The notes below the pieces were generated by a model, which searched no databases, had not been told where the DNA came from, and worked only from the letters and a program-made list of their open reading frames with translations. A DNA stretch of 36,701 bases, taken from assembly GCA_039794845.1 (NCBI GenBank), contig JAUQVK010000009.1, positions 1 to 36,701 of the forward strand, given 5' to 3'. This DNA is from Thermostichus sp. DRC_bins_24 (GTDB taxonomy: Bacteria > Cyanobacteriota > Cyanobacteriia > Thermostichales > Thermostichaceae). Both the position numbers and the translations under genes were made by a program. Positions 1 through 9,218 of the stretch are shown one piece after another (the first letter of the stretch is position 1; every line of letters begins with the position of its first letter).

Positions 1-67
1 TCAACAGAATTAAACCGGTGCAAAGCACCATTACCGACAGAGATGGGGGGAAAGAGCGATCCTTCAT
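1..67 (-). CDS. 5' end of a gene running off the left edge, possibly a secreted or membrane protein
   Basis: ATG at 67 gives MKDRSFPPSLSVMVLCTGLILL..., a charged N-terminus followed by a hydrophobic stretch (signal-peptide-like), open to the edge. An AT-rich promoter-like region lies upstream. Too short to be sure. Confidence 0.35.
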   Translation of the reverse strand, partial: MKDRSFPPSLSVMVLCTGLILL

Positions 68-102
68 GAAGACTAGAGCTATGACTCTCCACTCACCTTG
101 AA

Positions 103-120
103 ACTGTAGCAATTTGTAAC
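103..120 (-). promoter_or_regulatory. Possible HLR1 (RpaB)-like direct repeat, or degenerate NtcA site
   Basis: The minus strand reads GTTACAAA-TT-GCTACAGT, close to HLR1 (G/T)TTACA(T/A)(T/A)-N2-repeat. The plus strand reads GTA-N8-TAA, 5/6 of the NtcA box. Confidence 0.3.
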
Positions 121-243
121 AAGTTAAGAACCATCTTGGTCAATTTCTGCTGAGGAAACCTTGACCAGCAAAGTGAATGGAATGAACAAGCACGTTGACT
201 GAAGTTTTTCAAATGGGAGTCCATGGACAGAACTGCTCCACCG

Positions 244-1458
244 TTATGTTTTGGGCAAACGGTACTGGCCGACAATACGCTGAGCAAAAGGAGGAACGTG
301 TTGTTCCAGTTTCTCGGGGTGTTGGCGGCGCACGTAGAGGTAGTTGCGGGTGAAGTGGGAATCGATGGAGAAGCGGGCATATTCCAGACCTTGGGGGCCA
401 ATCCGCTCGATCACCACCCCCATGACCTGTGCCAACCACATCGGCAGGGTCATCGCCTGGTCATAGGCCGGGATCCCTTGCTGCACTGCCGCGTGACGGG
501 ATCCCTTGGACATCACTGCTTGGGTCTCTAGCTCTTCCCAGACCAAATTCAGCAGCTCTCGCCCCCGGCGATTGCGTACCAGCAGCCATTGCCAACCCAA
601 GGGGGATCCCATGTACCCCACCACCAAATCCGCCAGGGCATTCACATAGTCGAAACAACTGAGGCAAGAGGGGGCAAAAACATCCTTCAACTGTTGGGTA
701 TTGAGGCCAAAGAAGGGCACCTTCTCCACCGAGCCATCTTCGTGCTTAAAATGAACGCGAAAGTCCTGCATAAACTCGTAGTGCACCACTGTTTGCGGGG
801 AGCGGCTGGTGGTTTCCAGAAATTTCTGCAATCCGGCCCGGCTGACATTGTCTACACAGGGGGTGCCCAAAACGTACAGCTTCTCCAAAGCTAGTTTTTT
901 TTCTACCGCCCGCAAGGCCTGGATCTGACACCCTACCCCGATCACCAAGAGCCGCTTCAGCCCGCTCTGCTCCACCTGCTCTAGCACCGACAAATTGGGA
1001 GACAGCGTCGGCTTATTCACCCGTGCCGCCAAGACTTCTTCTGGACTGCGGGCCAAAATCGGCTGCGGTTTAAAGCGATCCTCCGCATCGGCTTGTACAC
1101 AGACCACCCCTTCCACCAAGCCTGTGGTGAGGGCCTTCATACCAATGCTGCTGACAATGCCCGTCCATTGGGCCCCCTCGATGGGATCCCGTCTGCGGGC
1201 GGTGAACATCTCCTCGTAAACGCCGAAGTAGTCGGTGTCCGAGACGGCAGTGGCCGGGGATCCGGAGCGCAGCGATTCCCGAGAGCGCCCGTGGGTTTGC
1301 TCCTCCAACTCCGTAAAGTGTTGATGCAAGAACGCACAGGCTTCTTTCACTTGGGCCACATAGTGGGTATCGCAAAGGCCGCACTGGCTGCACAGCTCCT
1401 TGGCGGGGTAGTGACCGGAACGAATCGGTTGGGCTGGACGGGTTGAACGGGATCCCAT
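244..1458 (-). CDS. bciB: Ferredoxin-dependent 8-vinyl (divinyl chlorophyllide) reductase, F420 hydrogenase beta-subunit family (Slr1923-like)
   Basis: PAKELCSQCGLCDT Fe-S motif, GAQWTGIVS, NKPTLSPNL, GVGCQ, GTPCVDN, YEFMQDFRVHFKH and SCLSCFDYVNALADLVVGYMG are typical of cyanobacterial BciB/HCAR. Confidence 0.85.
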   Translation of the reverse strand: MGSRSTRPAQPIRSGHYPAKELCSQCGLCDTHYVAQVKEACAFLHQHFTELEEQTHGRSRESLRSGSPATAVSDTDYFGVYEEMFTARRRDPIEGAQWTGIVSSIGMKALTTGLVEGVVCVQADAEDRFKPQPILARSPEEVLAARVNKPTLSPNLSVLEQVEQSGLKRLLVIGVGCQIQALRAVEKKLALEKLYVLGTPCVDNVSRAGLQKFLETTSRSPQTVVHYEFMQDFRVHFKHEDGSVEKVPFFGLNTQQLKDVFAPSCLSCFDYVNALADLVVGYMGSPLGWQWLLVRNRRGRELLNLVWEELETQAVMSKGSRHAAVQQGIPAYDQAMTLPMWLAQVMGVVIERIGPQGLEYARFSIDSHFTRNYLYVRRQHPEKLEQHVPPFAQRIVGQYRLPKT

Positions 1459-1586
1459 GGCAGTTGGAAAAACGGCGAACAGGGCAAAACAGAACTGGTC
1501 AGCCGGAGCCTGACTGACCTTTCTTCAGTGTGCTGCCAAAAGGGGTTGCTGCGGGTAAAGAAGCGTGAGCTCCCTAGATTGGAAGA

Positions 1587-2195
1587 TTAGAAATGATCGC
1601 CGTAGCGTTCTTCTGCCCAGGGTTCACCCCGCATGTGGTAGCCGTTGCGTTCCCAAAAGCCCGGTTGATCTTGGGTGAGAAACTCCAGGTCGCTGATCCA
1701 CTTGGCACTTTTCCAGGCATACAGGTGCGGGATCAAAATCCGTACGGGGCCACCATGCTCCACCGGGATCCGCTCTCCTTCGAGGGTGTGCACTATGTAG
1801 TTTTCAGGACGGAGGAACTCCTCTAACGTGAGATTGGTGGTGTAGCCACCGTAGCAGTGTTGCATCACGGCTTTTGCCTCAGGGCGAATCGACACCCCCT
1901 GCAACAAATCGGGGATCCGCACCCCCGTCCAGGTTACATCCAGCTTCGACCAGCGGGTAACACAGTGAAAATCTGCCGTGAAGGTGTGCTGGGGCAAAGC
2001 CAACAGCTCCTCCCAAGTGAGAATCACTTCCTTCTCAACCGCCCCAAAAATCCGCAGCTGCCATTCTTCCGGCTGAATCACCGGGGTATTGCCATAGGTG
2101 AGAACCGGGAAGCCCCGCGCCAAATGTTGTCCGGGCGGCAACCGACCTGCCAAGGGATCCTCCCCGGCCAATTTTTGAAAAAACTTGCCCACCAT
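1587..2195 (-). CDS. Molybdopterin-dependent oxidoreductase, sulfite oxidase-like (YuiH/MsrP-related)
   Basis: RLPPGQ, DFHCVTRWS, GYTTNL, HGGPVR, YAWKSAKW, GFWERNGYH motifs. Confidence 0.85.
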   Translation of the reverse strand: MVGKFFQKLAGEDPLAGRLPPGQHLARGFPVLTYGNTPVIQPEEWQLRIFGAVEKEVILTWEELLALPQHTFTADFHCVTRWSKLDVTWTGVRIPDLLQGVSIRPEAKAVMQHCYGGYTTNLTLEEFLRPENYIVHTLEGERIPVEHGGPVRILIPHLYAWKSAKWISDLEFLTQDQPGFWERNGYHMRGEPWAEERYGDHF

Positions 2196-2276
2196 ACCCG
2201 TCTTGCCCGTGCATCACTACCAGCCTATCTCTAAAGGCTATCCAGAGGCTGAGGGCATCCTTAGAGCAGGCAGAGC

Positions 2277-2918
2277 TCAAGGCACCCGGTTTTTGCCCAA
2301 GCCACTTTCCATCGCCCAGCGGGCCAATTCTGTGCGGTTGTGAAGGCCGGTTTTGCCGAGCATGTTGCTGACGTGGCTTTCAATGGTGCGCTGGCTTACC
2401 CCAAGGGAATCGGCGATCTCGCGGTTGGACATGCCCTTGGCCACGTACTGGATCACCTTGGTTTCTGTGGGTGTCAGGTCGATTTCCCGATCCAGTTTTA
2501 TGATCGGCTGAATGCCCACATTCTGCATCTGCAACAGGCGATCGGTATGCTTGAGGGAAGACTCCACCTGGGCCACCAGCTCCTCCGGCTCGAAGGGCTT
2601 GACCATGTAAACATCAGCCCCGGTAGTGAGTCCGCGCACCCGATCCGCCGTTTGCCCGCGTGCCGATAAAAAGATCACGGGTACCCAATCGGTGGCGCTG
2701 TTGGCTCGGATGGTCTCGACGAAGGTGTAGCCATCCATCTCCGGCATCATCACGTCGCAGATGATCAGATCAGGGGTAAAGTTGCGCATCGCCTCTAACC
2801 CTTCTCGACCATTGCTCGCCGGGATCACCTCATAGCCACGAAACTCCAGGTAATCCTTGACCAGCAAGATCAAGTTGGGATCATCATCGATGAGCAACAA
2901 TCGCTTTTGGTTATCCAC
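2277..2918 (-). CDS. rre1: NarL/LuxR-family response regulator (Rre1/Ycf29-like)
   Basis: Receiver domain (LLIDDDPNLILLVKDYLEFRGY, DVMMPEMDG, KPF) plus LuxR HTH (LTPTETKV...GMSNREIA...SQRTIESHVSNMLGKTGLHNRTELARWA). GTG start. Confidence 0.8.
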   Translation of the reverse strand: MDNQKRLLLIDDDPNLILLVKDYLEFRGYEVIPASNGREGLEAMRNFTPDLIICDVMMPEMDGYTFVETIRANSATDWVPVIFLSARGQTADRVRGLTTGADVYMVKPFEPEELVAQVESSLKHTDRLLQMQNVGIQPIIKLDREIDLTPTETKVIQYVAKGMSNREIADSLGVSQRTIESHVSNMLGKTGLHNRTELARWAMESGLGKNRVP

Positions 2919-3135
2919 AGTTCGCCTTTCGCTTCAGAGCTAAAGAGGAAGGAATTAAGGGGGCTGCCAGGGTTGCCCGTCGGCACACAACTTCGGCACA
3001 CAACTATGATACTCAGGGATCCGATAGTTTACTGATCCCTCTTGCTGAAAGGTAACCCAAACTTGCCAATATACGGAGATGCGCTTCCATAACAAGATCG
3101 GCAAAAGTGAGTCTACCCAACTGGAAAGCCCTTGA

Positions 3136-3270
3136 TACAGTCTTTGCGCGGGTTTTCCACAACAAAACTTGGGCTTCCTGTTCCCGCTAAGTGGGGTGCG
3201 GAACACCATGCAGCTAGAAAGGGAAGTCTAAGCTTCCTGCAGGTGTAGGTAACTGGCGGAAGGGCTGTAA
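3136..3270 (-). mobile_element. Degenerate IS200/IS605-derived non-coding element, copy A
   Basis: 3136-3259 aligns by eye to 10732-10854 with about 22 differences in 124 nt. It also shares the AAGGGCTGTA end. Only copy B keeps a clear IS605 right end. Confidence 0.6.
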
Positions 3271-3448
3271 CCACAGCGCTAATAAGTTTTTGCACGGTTA
3301 GCATCAGGGATCCCACTTAACTTTTTACCTTACCTGATTCGCAGCAAATTGTAACAACTCACGCCCTCACACCTCTGTAGCCTCGCACATAGGCAGATGT
3401 ACAGGGCTGATGGAGAATGGAAAAAAAGCCTGAGCCGGGGGAAGCAGG

Positions 3449-5485
3449 GTGGAAAAAGGCACGCTGGTGGAGTTTCGTCACAACAGTGACCGTGTGTTGG
3501 CGGTGGTTCAGGGCACAGAAGGCAAAAAGAACCTGCTATTGGGGGTCTCCTCAGGTCAGGTTCACAGTGTTCATCCACGTCAGATCACCTTTGCCCTGAA
3601 CGGCGGCTCTAGTTTTACGGCTTCCGACATTCCGGGGTTTTGGCAGGCGGTGCAGGCGAAGCTAGATCCCGAAAGTCTGGCAATCGCCTGGGAATTGGTG
3701 CAGGAAGAACGACACCCCCTCAGCTTGTCGGATATTGCCCAATTGCTGTTTTCGGATGACTCCCCCATTTCCACCTATGCCACCTACCGCCTGCTCAGCG
3801 AGGATCGCACCTACTTCAAACCCAAAGGGGAGGGCTACGAACCCCGTACTCCAGCGCAGGTGAAGGAAATCCTGCACCAGATCGCCGTAACCCAACAACG
3901 GCAACAGGAACAAGCTGAGTTTGAGGCCCACCTGCGAGAGGCTTTGGCCCATCCCGGACAAGACTATGCCTGGACTGCTGCCGAACGAGCCCGTTTGGAA
4001 TTGCTGGAGCGCTTGGCTTTGCAGGGGGCGGCAGCAGCGATCCGCAGCCACGACGATCTCTCCAACAACCTCAGTGCCTCCGATCGAGAACGGGCCGTGC
4101 AACTCCTGGAACAGATGGGCTTCCCCGCCACACCGCAGGGGGCTTTTGATGCCCTGATCGCCCTGGGGTTGTGGAGCCGTCATGAAAATCTGGCATTGCG
4201 CCTCACTGGGATCCCGACCCAGTTCCCGAAAGAAGTGGAACGCTACGCGGCGGAGGTTCTGAAGGAGGCTTTGCCCGACCCGCTACCCCGCCGCGACCTC
4301 ACCGCCTTGCACACTTACACCATCGACGATGCCAGCACCCGTGATATTGACGATGCCCTCAGTGTCGAGTCTTGGTCGGATGAGCAGGTCAAGCTCTGGA
4401 TCCATATCGCCGATCCCAGCCGTTGGGTGCATTGGGGGGATCCCCTGGATTTGGAAGCCCGCAAGCGCGGTACCAGCGTGTATTTGCCTGAGCAAGTTAT
4501 CCCGATGTTTCCGCCGCAGCTGTCCACCGGCCCGATGAGTTTGGTGCAAGGGGAAGTGCGGCCCGCCCTTAGCTTTGGCATTCTGCTGGGCTGCGACGGC
4601 CAGATCCGCGACTCCGAAATTTGCCTCAGCCAGGTGAAAGTCACCTACCGCCTTACCTACGAAGATGCTGACGAGATGTTGGAGCTGGGGGCAGAGGCCC
4701 AATTGACGGCGATTGCCCGGGCAGCTCAGTGGCGCTACGGGTGGCGCATGGCTCAGGGGGCGATTCAGATCGGCCTGCCGGAACAGGATATCAAGGTGAT
4801 CGATGACATCCCCCACCTACGAGTGATTGAGGATACCCCCTCGCGGCAGATGGTAGCGGAAATGATGGTGCTGACGGGAGAGGTGGCGGCCCGTTTCACC
4901 AGCCAAAACGGGATCCCTGTGCCCTATCGCCTGCAACCGGCCCCCGACTTGCCCCCGCCGGAAGTTTTGGATGTGTACCCCCAGGGGCCGGTGCGGTCCT
5001 TTGCCATCATGCGTTGCCTGTCGCGGGCAGAAGTGGCCACCCAGCCGGGCCGTCACACCGGGTTGGGCCTCGATGCCTATTGTCAGGTCACCTCTCCAAT
5101 TCGTCGCTATGCGGATTTGGTGGCCCACTATCAGATCAAAGCCTTTTTGCAGGGGGATCCCTTGCCCTTAACAGAGCCGGATGTGCAGCAGTTGTTGTTG
5201 GCGCTGGAGCCGGGCACCGGCGAAGCGATTCAGGTGGAGCGCAAATCGAAGCGCTACTGGAGCATTGAATATCTGCGCCTGCGTCCGGGGCAAACTTGGC
5301 GGGCTTTGGTCTTGGGCTACCTACGTGAACACGAGAACCTGATATTGGCCATGCTGGATGAGATTGCCTTTCGCGTGCCGGTACGCCTGGAGCGCCAGGT
5401 TCCTCTGGGAGCCTGGATTGAATTGGAGGTGTTACAGGCGGATCCCCGCGCTGATGTCATTGAGCTGCGGGAGGTGGAAGGATAG
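3449..5485 (+). CDS. rnb: Ribonuclease II/R family (RNB domain) exoribonuclease
   Basis: TIDDASTRDIDDALS catalytic motif, IHIADP, RGTSVYLP, HTGLGLDAYCQVTSPIRRYADL. Cyanobacterial MEKGTLVEF N-terminus. Confidence 0.92.
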   Translation: MEKGTLVEFRHNSDRVLAVVQGTEGKKNLLLGVSSGQVHSVHPRQITFALNGGSSFTASDIPGFWQAVQAKLDPESLAIAWELVQEERHPLSLSDIAQLLFSDDSPISTYATYRLLSEDRTYFKPKGEGYEPRTPAQVKEILHQIAVTQQRQQEQAEFEAHLREALAHPGQDYAWTAAERARLELLERLALQGAAAAIRSHDDLSNNLSASDRERAVQLLEQMGFPATPQGAFDALIALGLWSRHENLALRLTGIPTQFPKEVERYAAEVLKEALPDPLPRRDLTALHTYTIDDASTRDIDDALSVESWSDEQVKLWIHIADPSRWVHWGDPLDLEARKRGTSVYLPEQVIPMFPPQLSTGPMSLVQGEVRPALSFGILLGCDGQIRDSEICLSQVKVTYRLTYEDADEMLELGAEAQLTAIARAAQWRYGWRMAQGAIQIGLPEQDIKVIDDIPHLRVIEDTPSRQMVAEMMVLTGEVAARFTSQNGIPVPYRLQPAPDLPPPEVLDVYPQGPVRSFAIMRCLSRAEVATQPGRHTGLGLDAYCQVTSPIRRYADLVAHYQIKAFLQGDPLPLTEPDVQQLLLALEPGTGEAIQVERKSKRYWSIEYLRLRPGQTWRALVLGYLREHENLILAMLDEIAFRVPVRLERQVPLGAWIELEVLQADPRADVIELREVEG

Positions 5486-5531
5486 CTGTGGTTCAGATAG
5501 TCACTCCAAACAAGAACGGTACACTTCCTGA

Positions 5532-5595
5532 CTCCTCTCTCCCGCTCTGGGAGAGGAACCAAGGACAGTGCCACGCTGTGCGAAGGGGGTGAGGG
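5532..5595. repeat. REP-like palindrome (CTCTCCC-N5-GGGAGAG...GGGGGTGAGGG) interrupted by a short insert
   Basis: Hairpin CTCTCCC(5537-43)/GGGAGAG(5549-55) followed by GGGGGTGAGGG, a common REP form. An extra GACAGTGCCACGCTGTGCGAA segment lies between them. Confidence 0.5.
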
Positions 5596-5622
5596 AACTG
5601 TTTCAGTCTCAATTGCAATGAC

Positions 5623-6245
5623 CATATGCCTCTTTTGTCAGTATGGGGAGGCTGGGCTTGAGGAAGAAGCTGAACTCCTTACCCGGCCATGACTCTAGCT
5701 CGTCAGGCACCACCCACCCTTCAAGTCATTTCATTGATGACTACTGTGAAGCCTACCGCCCCCACTTTCCTGAAGTACGAAGCTTCGAGTTTTTTAAGCT
5801 TATCCTTTTGGGTTTACTTTCCCCGATGAAGCGGAAGAGCTTGCCTACCGTTGCTCGCCATGTTGGGGTAGAAAGCCATCAATCCCTGGTTGGTTTCTGA
5901 TACGGGATGAGAAGTTGGATTGAGTATGGACCCAAGCAGAGTCAAGATGAGCTGGGCTGGGCTGACTACCGCCTAACCCATTATCAGGATATCGAGAAGT
6001 GGTGGGAGCCGGTGTATCATGCCCTGCTGCTTGTCGGCTTTATCGGTGATGGAAACCGGAAGAATAAGAGAAGAAGAAGACAAGATCTAGAGAAGAAGAA
6101 TCTAGGTAGCGAGGAGTTCAGGAACAATCCGAGGTGGGAAGCGGGAAAGAGTTGGAAGAGCCAGAAGTTAACTTCATCCCGATGGCCTTGGGTGTCTACC
6201 TCAATTCTGTTCTCCTCTGCCTAGAGTGACGAAAGAGGCGTACTG
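5623..6245 (+). mobile_element. Internally deleted IS701-family element (transposase pseudogene with both terminal inverted repeats)
   Basis: The N-terminal transposase piece FIDDYCEAY...FPEVRSFEFFK...KRKSLPTVAR..GVESHQSL (to about 5900) directly abuts the C-terminal piece RSWIEYG.KQS.DELGWADYRLT.Y.DIEKWWE. Inverted repeats: TATGCCTCTTTTGTCA (5625-5640) and TGACGAAAGAGGCGTA (6227-6242), 14/16 match. Confidence 0.85.
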
Positions 6246-6336
6246 AGAAAAATACTCATCATGCCCCCCTCAGCACAGGCTGAAATGGTTAAAGATCTCT
6301 TCCTCGATTCTATAAAAAGTGATGTAGGGATCCCGT

Positions 6337-7596
6337 TCACTCCACGAGATCTCGCCCTTTGGTTTGGGCCAGCCGTTCGGCATCGGGCACTTCCCCTTCG
6401 GTATAGTAGCCGGCAGCTTTTTTGGCCTCGATCTCCACCCGAGCATCCGCCGGGATCAGCTCTTCTGGGATGGGAACTCGCTGCACCACTTCAATACCGG
6501 AGCTGGTGATGGCTCGATACTTCAGATCGCTCATGGAAATCAGGCGGTCGATGCGGGTAATGCCCAGCCAGTGCAGCACATCTGGCATCAACTCCTGAAA
6601 GCGCATATCCTGCACCCCCGCCACACATTCGGTACGGGTGAAATAGGCATCGGCGCGATCCCCTCCCTCCTGGCGTTTGCGGGCGTTGTACACCAAGAAC
6701 TTGGTCACCTCGCCGAGGGCGCGGCCCTCCTTGCGTAAATAGACGATCACCCCCGCCCCTCCTGCCTGAGCGGTTTTGACGCACTCTTCAATGCCATGCA
6801 CTAGGTAGGGGCGACAGGTACAAATGTCCGATCCAAACACATCGGAACCGTTGCATTCGTCGTGAACCCGCACGGTGAGGGGACGCTCGGGATCGGTAAT
6901 GGCACTGACCCGTCCGATGATATAGACCGTTTGCCCCCCAATCGGCGGCAAAAACACCGACAAATCGGAGCGCGTCACCAATTCCGGAAACATTCCCCCC
7001 GTTTGCTCGAACAGGGTGCGCCGCAAATTGCTTTCGCTGATCTGTAGCCGTTTGGCAATACCCGGTAAATACCAGACGGGTTCAATCGCGGCTTTGGTCA
7101 CCACCAGGTCTCCATTGCCCTTGAGAATCTGCCCGTCCACCTGCAACCGCCCCTTGACCACCGCCTCTTGCAGCTCTGGCATGTTGATATGGGCTTGGGT
7201 AATGGCAATGGTGGGGCGAATGTCGTAGCCCTGAGCGTAGAGGGGAGCAAAGGCTTCGCCCACGATGGCGCCGAAGGGATCCAACGACACAATCCGATCC
7301 GGATCCCCCCAACTGGCGTAAGGGCCAATGGATACTACGGGGGCCGTATTGGTCAAATCGGCGCGGTGATCCGGCTGTAAGGAGCCACTGGCCACTGCCA
7401 AGGCCCGGTAGAGGGCATAGGCTCCCGAATGGGTGCCGATGACGTTGCGGTGGGCAGGATTGGTGAGGCTACCGATAACAGGGCCGCGCTCCAGCGGATC
7501 CAGGGATCCCCAGCGGATCGGCTGCGGTTGGGAGCCATAGGGGGAGGGATGGGAAGTGAGGACAATGTGACGGGGGCGGGAGGAAGGATCGGCCAT
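6337..7596 (-). CDS. GTP cyclohydrolase II-like protein with long N-terminal extension (Urc1/URG1 type)
   Basis: IVLTSHP, RGPVIGS, RNVIGTHSGAY, DIRPTIAIT.AH, RVHDECNGSDVFGSDICTCRPYL, RKEGRALGEVTKFLVYNARKRQ. This differs from canonical RibA (HSEC...RCDC). Start taken as ATG 7596. Confidence 0.85.
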   Translation of the reverse strand: MADPSSRPRHIVLTSHPSPYGSQPQPIRWGSLDPLERGPVIGSLTNPAHRNVIGTHSGAYALYRALAVASGSLQPDHRADLTNTAPVVSIGPYASWGDPDRIVSLDPFGAIVGEAFAPLYAQGYDIRPTIAITQAHINMPELQEAVVKGRLQVDGQILKGNGDLVVTKAAIEPVWYLPGIAKRLQISESNLRRTLFEQTGGMFPELVTRSDLSVFLPPIGGQTVYIIGRVSAITDPERPLTVRVHDECNGSDVFGSDICTCRPYLVHGIEECVKTAQAGGAGVIVYLRKEGRALGEVTKFLVYNARKRQEGGDRADAYFTRTECVAGVQDMRFQELMPDVLHWLGITRIDRLISMSDLKYRAITSSGIEVVQRVPIPEELIPADARVEIEAKKAAGYYTEGEVPDAERLAQTKGRDLVE

Positions 7597-7669
7597 GGCC
7601 CTCAAACTCTTGGGGAAAACAGCATTTTAGGCGATCCTCACCCCTTTGGAGATGGCCTGATCGGGGTAC

Positions 7670-8410
7670 TCAGGCAACAAGTTTGGCCAAACCCAGGGGG
7701 CGGATCCCCTCCGGTGAAATCTCAAAACGGTAGGGCAACATTTCCACCCCCGCCTGCAGGGCCTGCCGAAACAACTGAGCGTAGCGGGGATCCCGTTCTT
7801 CACCGGGGGCAAATTCGGTGCAGTCGCCACGATTGATCAGATAAAGCAGCAGGGCCCGATGCCCCTGTTGGCGCACCGCGATCAGCTCCTGTAGGTGTCT
7901 TTGGCCGCGGGTGGTCACGGTGTCTGGAAAGAGCGCACGGGATCCCAGCGCCCAAGTGGTGTTTTTGACCTCCAAATAAGCCGACCCCGATTCCCCTGCC
8001 AGCAGGAAGTCGATTTTGCTCTTTTGACTACCGTAGGCCACCTCCCGTTGCCAGCGAGAAAACTCCGCCAACTGCGGGAACCACCCCTGTTGCAAGCCCC
8101 ACTCCACCAGACGATTGGGCAAGCTGGTGTTGATCCCAACCCAAACCCCATCGACGTGGATCATCTCCCAGGTATAAGCCAATTTTCGCTTGGGATCGTT
8201 GTGGTGAGAGAGGTACACAGGTGCACCCACCTGACACACCCCACTCATTGGCCCTGTATTGGGGCAATGGGCGGTGACCTGTTCGCCATTCTCCAGCTCC
8301 ACATCGGCAAAAAACCGCTTGTAGCGGCTCCGCAACACCCCTTTGTGCAACGGAGTGGGAAACCGATAGGGCACCTGCGGATCCGTGGATGGAGCTGTCG
8401 ACTGCATCAC
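7670..8410 (-). CDS. sfsA: DNA/RNA nuclease SfsA (sugar fermentation stimulation protein)
   Basis: RYKRFFADV, AHCPNTGPM, KRKLAYTWE, SKIDFLL, YLEVKN, FPDTVTTRGQRHL. GGAGG lies 7 nt before the GTG. Confidence 0.93.
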   Translation of the reverse strand: MMQSTAPSTDPQVPYRFPTPLHKGVLRSRYKRFFADVELENGEQVTAHCPNTGPMSGVCQVGAPVYLSHHNDPKRKLAYTWEMIHVDGVWVGINTSLPNRLVEWGLQQGWFPQLAEFSRWQREVAYGSQKSKIDFLLAGESGSAYLEVKNTTWALGSRALFPDTVTTRGQRHLQELIAVRQQGHRALLLYLINRGDCTEFAPGEERDPRYAQLFRQALQAGVEMLPYRFEISPEGIRPLGLAKLVA

Positions 8411-8595
8411 CCCAAGACCTCCTCGAGTAGGTATTTTTTCTGTAGGATTCTGGAAATCTTCTCCCGAACCCCCCTTCCTGCGCTAGGGTGAATGACGTGT
8501 CTCAGGATCTGGGGCATTCTCATTACTGGCGCTCAAATCCATTTAACACCCCTTTTTTTCTGCCCTTTTGTCAAAATCTGGAGAAAAAAACCCGA

Positions 8596-9192
8596 ATGCT
8601 GCGTCTTGATCCTGATCCCGGCTTTCAGTCTGCGGATCCCTTGCAGGACAACCGTGGGCGTGTGGCCATATTCATCGACGGATCCAACCTCTTCTATGCG
8701 GCCCTCCAACTTGGCATTGAGATCGACTACACCCGCTTGCTCAAAACTTTGAGTGGTCGCTCTCCCCTATTGCGTTCCTTCTTCTACACCGGCGTTGACC
8801 GCAACAATGAAAAACAGCAGGGCTTTTTGCTCTGGATGCGTCGCAATGGCTACCGCGTGGTCACCAAAGATCTAACTCAGCTTCCCGATGGCTCCAAGAA
8901 GGCCAACCTGGATGTGGAAATTGCCGTGGATATGCTGTCGCTGGTGCGCTGGTACGAAACGGCTGTCCTGGTGAGTGGGGATGGGGATTTGGCCTATGCA
9001 GTTAATGCCGTTAGCTATCAGGGGGTGCGGGTTGAGGTGGTCAGCCTCCGCTCCATGACCAGTGATCAACTGATCAATCTGGCGGATCGTTACATCGACC
9101 TGGAATCGGTGAAGGATCAAATTAAGAAAACCAACCGCCCTTCTTATCTCTATCGGCCTGGGTTCGCCACCGACGAAGAGGACGAAGGATAG
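8596..9192 (+). CDS. NYN-domain protein, LabA/DUF88 family
   Basis: RVAIFIDGSNLFYAA, FLLWMRRNGYRV, KANLDVEIAVDM, VLVSGDGDLAYAV. Start taken at ATG 8596. Confidence 0.88.
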   Translation: MLRLDPDPGFQSADPLQDNRGRVAIFIDGSNLFYAALQLGIEIDYTRLLKTLSGRSPLLRSFFYTGVDRNNEKQQGFLLWMRRNGYRVVTKDLTQLPDGSKKANLDVEIAVDMLSLVRWYETAVLVSGDGDLAYAVNAVSYQGVRVEVVSLRSMTSDQLINLADRYIDLESVKDQIKKTNRPSYLYRPGFATDEEDEG

Positions 9193-9218
9193 TGATTGCT
9201 CTCGGTTCGGTTGTAAGT

